This document shows positions 60,736-64,000 of a DNA stretch of 64,000 nucleotides, piece by piece. The notes under the pieces were generated by a model. It ran no database searches. It saw only the letters and a program-made list of their open reading frames with translations, and had not been told where the DNA came from. How positions within the stretch are numbered: the first letter of the stretch is position 1; the number at the start of each line of letters is the position of its first letter. The stretch comes from an uncultured Veillonellaceae bacterium (GTDB taxonomy: Bacteria > Bacillota > Negativicutes > Selenomonadales > Selenomonadaceae), in NCBI GenBank assembly GCA_900316275.1, contig ONCF01000022.1, forward strand, positions 1,957 through 65,956, written 5' to 3'. The position numbers and the translations under genes were made by a program.

Positions 60736-63700
60736 TATACTGCCGCCTCCTGTCGCTGTGCCTGTGGCACCTTCTGCAAAGCCGCCTCATCCCCCGCCAT
60801 GAGCATGATGATGTAGGTGACATAGTTCGTGATGTTGGCTTTTTCCCGTGTCCCCGAGAGGAAACGGTAGCCGCGGCCGCCCTTGAGCGGCTGCATGCGC
60901 CGCCCGAACGTTTTATCCAGCTGCACGAGCGCCGCCACGGGCAGCTTGTGCCCCTCGGCGAGCAAGAAGTCGACGGCCTGCGGCTGCTCGCTCACGCCCC
61001 GGAGCCAGAGCTCACGCGCATAGTTCTTGATGCGCGCGATGCTCAGCAGGCGCAGCACCGGTTTCGTCGGCTCGCCGAAGCGGTCCACGAGCTCATCGAG
61101 CAGCTCGCGCACCTCATCATTCGTGCGCAGCGCCGCGATGCGCTGGTAAATCTCGATTTTATGCATGGCGTCGTCGATATAGCCGCCGTCGATATAGGCC
61201 TCGGTGTGCAGGTTGATAGTCGGCTCTGGCCGCTCCTCCACCACGGGCTGCTGGCCCTTTTGCAATTTCTCCACGGCCTCCTCGAGCAGCTTGCAATACA
61301 TCTCGAAGCCGACGCTAGCGATATGGCCGTGCTGCTGCGAGCCGAGCAGATTGCCCGCACCGCGGATTTCCAGGTCACGCATGGCGATTTTAAAGCCCGC
61401 GCCGAGCTCGGCGAACTCCTTCATGGCCTGCAGACGCTTCTCCGCCGTCTCCGTGAGGATTTTGTCCGCCTGATAGACGAAATAGGCGAAGGCCATGTGG
61501 TGCGACCGCCCGACGCGCCCACGCATCTGATAGAGCTGCGACAGGCCGAAATGGTCGGCGTTGTAGACGATAATCGTGTTCGCATTCGCCACGTCGAGGC
61601 CATTCTCCACGATGGACGTCGCGAGCAGGATGTCGGCCTGGCCCTCATAGAAATCCATCATCACGCGCTCCAGCACCTCCTCTGGCATCTGCCCGTGCGC
61701 CGTCTGGATGCGCGCCTCGGGCACGATGTCCTGCAGATGCTCACGCATGCGGTCGATGGTGTCCACGCGGTTGTAGATAAAGTAAATCTGGCCGCCGCGC
61801 TTGATTTCGCGGCGGATGGCGTTCGCCATGACCGCGTCGTTGTTTTCCACCACGTACGTCTGCACGGGGAAGCGCTCCGCCGGCGGCGTCTCGATGATGC
61901 TCATGTCGCGCGCACCCACGAGTGACATATGCAGCGTGCGCGGGATAGGCGTCGCCGAAAGCGTGAGCACGTCGATGCCCGCCGCCAGACTGCGGATTTT
62001 ATCCTTCTGCTTGACGCCGAAGCGCTGCTCCTCATCGACGATGAGCAGGCCGAGGTCTTTGAAATGCACCTTGTGCTGGTTGAGGATGGCGTGCGTGCCG
62101 ATGAGGATATCGACCTTGCCCGCCGCCACTTTTGCGAGCGTCGCCTTCTGCTCGCGCGCCGAGCGGAAACGGCAGATAACGTCGACCTTCGGCAGAAAGT
62201 CGTGAAAACGCGCCGTAAACGTCTGGTAATGCTGCATGGCCAGCACGGTCGTCGGCACGAGCACGGCGACCTGCTTGCCGTCGAGTGCGGCCTTGTACGC
62301 GGCGCGGATAGCGACCTCCGTCTTGCCGAAGCCCACGTCGCCGCAGAGCAGGCGGTCCATCGGCTTCGGCTGCTCCATATCGTGCTTGATTTCCGCGACG
62401 GCCTGCAGCTGATCGTCCGTCTCCTGATAGGGGAACGCATCCTCGAACTCGCGCTGCGTGCTGTCGTCAGGCGAAAAGGCAAAGCCCGTGGCCTGCTTGC
62501 GCTTGGCATAGATGGCAATGAGCTTCTTCGCGATGTCCTCGACGGACTTTTTCGCACGGGCCTTGGTCTTGACCCATTCCGTACCGCCCATGCGGTGCAG
62601 GCGGGGCACCTCGCCCTCCGTGCCGATGTATTTCTGCAGCAGCTGCACCTGGTCTGTCGGCACGTAGAGCTTATCGTCGCCGCCGTACTTGATGTGCAGG
62701 TAGTCCTTGTGCACGCCGCCGACCTCGAGTGTCACGACGCCGAGATACTTGCCGATACCATGGTTCACGTGCACGACATAGTCGCCGGGCTTGATTTCAC
62801 GGAAATGCGCAATGCGCTCGCCCTTCGGCGCACGCGGCGCGAGCCGGCGCTTCGTACGGCCAAACAAATCCTTTTCTGTGACCACGACGAGGCGATTCCC
62901 CGTCATCTCAAAGCCGCTGTCGAGCGTACCCAGCTGGATATTCAGGCAGTTGTCCCGGAGCGCCGTGCACGCCGGCTGCACGAGCGCCGGCAGCTGGTGG
63001 CGCGCCAGGAGCTCGCGCAACTGGTCGGCCTTACCCTTGTCACCGAGCAAGATGAGCACGCGCTGCCGCGCCTGCAGCCAGCGCTGGGCCTCGTTCTCGA
63101 ACAAATCCATCTGCCGCTGGAACGGCGTCATGTTGATGGCCGAGAAACTGATGGTCGCCTGCGGCTCTGCGCCGTGCACCTGCTGCAGCATGAGCGTCGT
63201 GTAGACGACACGATTGCCATTGGCCGCCGCCAGCAGTTCCTCACAGGCAAAGATTTTACCCTTCAGTTCCGGCGTCTCCTTGAGTGCCGTGCGGATGGCC
63301 TCACGGATGCGCAACGGCTCATCGAAAATGACCGTACCGCGCCCACCTAGGTAGCTGAGGAACACGGCCGGCTTGCCTGCGACATCCGTGCGCGCGAGCG
63401 GCATGATGATGGCCTCGCCTACGTTGTGCAACGAGCGCTTCGTCGCCACGTCGAACTCGCGCAGAGAGTCGATTTCGTCGTCGAAAAACTCGATGCGCAA
63501 AGGATGCTCGGCATTGAGCGGGAACACATCGACGATGCCGCCGCGCGCGCTGAACTGGCCGCGCGTCTCCACCTCATCCGCCGCCTCGTAGCCGAGCTGC
63601 ACGAGGCGGACGAGCAGCTGCTCGCGCTCCAGCACGTCGCCCGTGTGCACGGTGAGTGACAACCGCTCGAAATCCGTACGGCTCATGCCCTGCTGCACGG

Positions 63701-64000
63701 CCGCGTCCGCCGTCGCGAGCACGATGCACGGCTCCTGCCGCACGAAACGGCCGAGCACCTCCATGCGCTGCGCCGAGCGCTCCATGCCGCTCGCGGCCGC
63801 CTGCACGTCCAGCACAGCGAGCTCCGGCAGCGGCAGCACGGGCACATCGGGCAGCAGCCCTTCGAGGTCCGTGCGCCACGCCGTGAGGGCCTGCAAGTCG
63901 TGCACGACGATGACCACTGGCTGAGCAAGGTCACAGCTGGCGGCCACCACAGCATGCTTCAGCGACCCGCCGAGGCCATAGGCCAGCGTCTCCGCCGACT
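60735..64000 (-). CDS. mfd: Transcription-repair coupling factor Mfd (5' end lies beyond the window)
   Basis: CarD-like domain, superfamily-2 helicase motifs (GDVGFGKTEVA, DEEQRFG, TATPIPRT) and TRCF domain. The reading frame stays open upstream of the GTG at 63950 to the window edge (...GLGGSLKHAVVAAS...). Confidence 0.96.
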   Translation of the reverse strand, partial: SAETLAYGLGGSLKHAVVAASCDLAQPVVIVVHDLQALTAWRTDLEGLLPDVPVLPLPELAVLDVQAAASGMERSAQRMEVLGRFVRQEPCIVLATADAAVQQGMSRTDFERLSLTVHTGDVLEREQLLVRLVQLGYEAADEVETRGQFSARGGIVDVFPLNAEHPLRIEFFDDEIDSLREFDVATKRSLHNVGEAIIMPLARTDVAGKPAVFLSYLGGRGTVIFDEPLRIREAIRTALKETPELKGKIFACEELLAAANGNRVVYTTLMLQQVHGAEPQATISFSAINMTPFQRQMDLFENEAQRWLQARQRVLILLGDKGKADQLRELLARHQLPALVQPACTALRDNCLNIQLGTLDSGFEMTGNRLVVVTEKDLFGRTKRRLAPRAPKGERIAHFREIKPGDYVVHVNHGIGKYLGVVTLEVGGVHKDYLHIKYGGDDKLYVPTDQVQLLQKYIGTEGEVPRLHRMGGTEWVKTKARAKKSVEDIAKKLIAIYAKRKQATGFAFSPDDSTQREFEDAFPYQETDDQLQAVAEIKHDMEQPKPMDRLLCGDVGFGKTEVAIRAAYKAALDGKQVAVLVPTTVLAMQHYQTFTARFHDFLPKVDVICRFRSAREQKATLAKVAAGKVDILIGTHAILNQHKVHFKDLGLLIVDEEQRFGVKQKDKIRSLAAGIDVLTLSATPIPRTLHMSLVGARDMSIIETPPAERFPVQTYVVENNDAVMANAIRREIKRGGQIYFIYNRVDTIDRMREHLQDIVPEARIQTAHGQMPEEVLERVMMDFYEGQADILLATSIVENGLDVANANTIIVYNADHFGLSQLYQMRGRVGRSHHMAFAYFVYQADKILTETAEKRLQAMKEFAELGAGFKIAMRDLEIRGAGNLLGSQQHGHIASVGFEMYCKLLEEAVEKLQKGQQPVVEERPEPTINLHTEAYIDGGYIDDAMHKIEIYQRIAALRTNDEVRELLDELVDRFGEPTKPVLRLLSIARIKNYARELWLRGVSEQPQAVDFLLAEGHKLPVAALVQLDKTFGRRMQPLKGGRGYRFLSGTREKANITNYVTYIIMLMAGDEAALQKVPQAQRQEAAV

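Noticed and set aside
1-64000. Mobile elements, prophage, defence systems (RM, TA, CRISPR-Cas, retrons), tRNA or rRNA genes
   Set aside because: No integrase, transposase or recombinase-like ORF, no inverted terminal repeats, no tRNA cloverleaf with proper loops, and no abrupt compositional island were seen on either strand. Every ORF above 100 aa on the coding strand is accounted for by housekeeping or motility functions.

Overview
GC-rich window (by eye, not computed) with strong GC3 bias. All but two coding regions are on the minus strand. The gene order is typical of Firmicutes. From the high-coordinate end: (i) a housekeeping block, mfd(partial)-yabN-like methylase-hup-SDR-glycosyltransferase-Zn-ribbon protein-divIC-S1 protein-tilS-hpt-ftsH-birA-coaX-dusB-M18 aminopeptidase-GGDEF protein; (ii) deoD (+ strand), RNase P RNA (type A), and a c-di-AMP (ydaO-type) riboswitch in front of an NlpC/P60 hydrolase, followed by folB; (iii) dprA-topA-trmFO-hslV-hslU-codY; (iv) a roughly 35 kb fla/che-type flagellar and chemotaxis array, flgB-flgC-fliE-fliF-fliG-fliH-fliI-fliJ-SLT-ylxF-like-fliK-flgD-small conserved ORF-flgE-flbD-fliL-fliM-fliY-cheY-fliO-fliP-fliQ-fliR-flhB-flhA-flhF-flhG-PilZ-cheB-cheA-cheW-cheC-cheD-small membrane ORF-sigma-28-FapA/DUF342 plus two uncharacterised ORFs, ending at a bidirectional terminator near position 200. 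The synteny, the type A RNase P RNA and the GC content suggest a Clostridia or Negativicutes (Selenomonas-like) organism; this is inference only. I found no tRNA, rRNA, CRISPR array, transposase, integrase or recognisable defence or toxin genes. The window reads as core genome, and I see no convincing evidence of a wholly new system. The best leads are: a strong terminator plus near-consensus sigma-28 promoter that splits the flagellar array in front of fliK; a 777-aa FlgE with an inserted block of degenerate tandem repeats; a lytic transglycosylase without a signal peptide, translationally coupled to fliJ; a possible two-start flbD; the uncharacterised genes flanking the sigma-28 gene; and a cloverleaf-shaped terminator after ftsH. 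The many long + strand ORFs in the track are antisense artefacts of high GC3.
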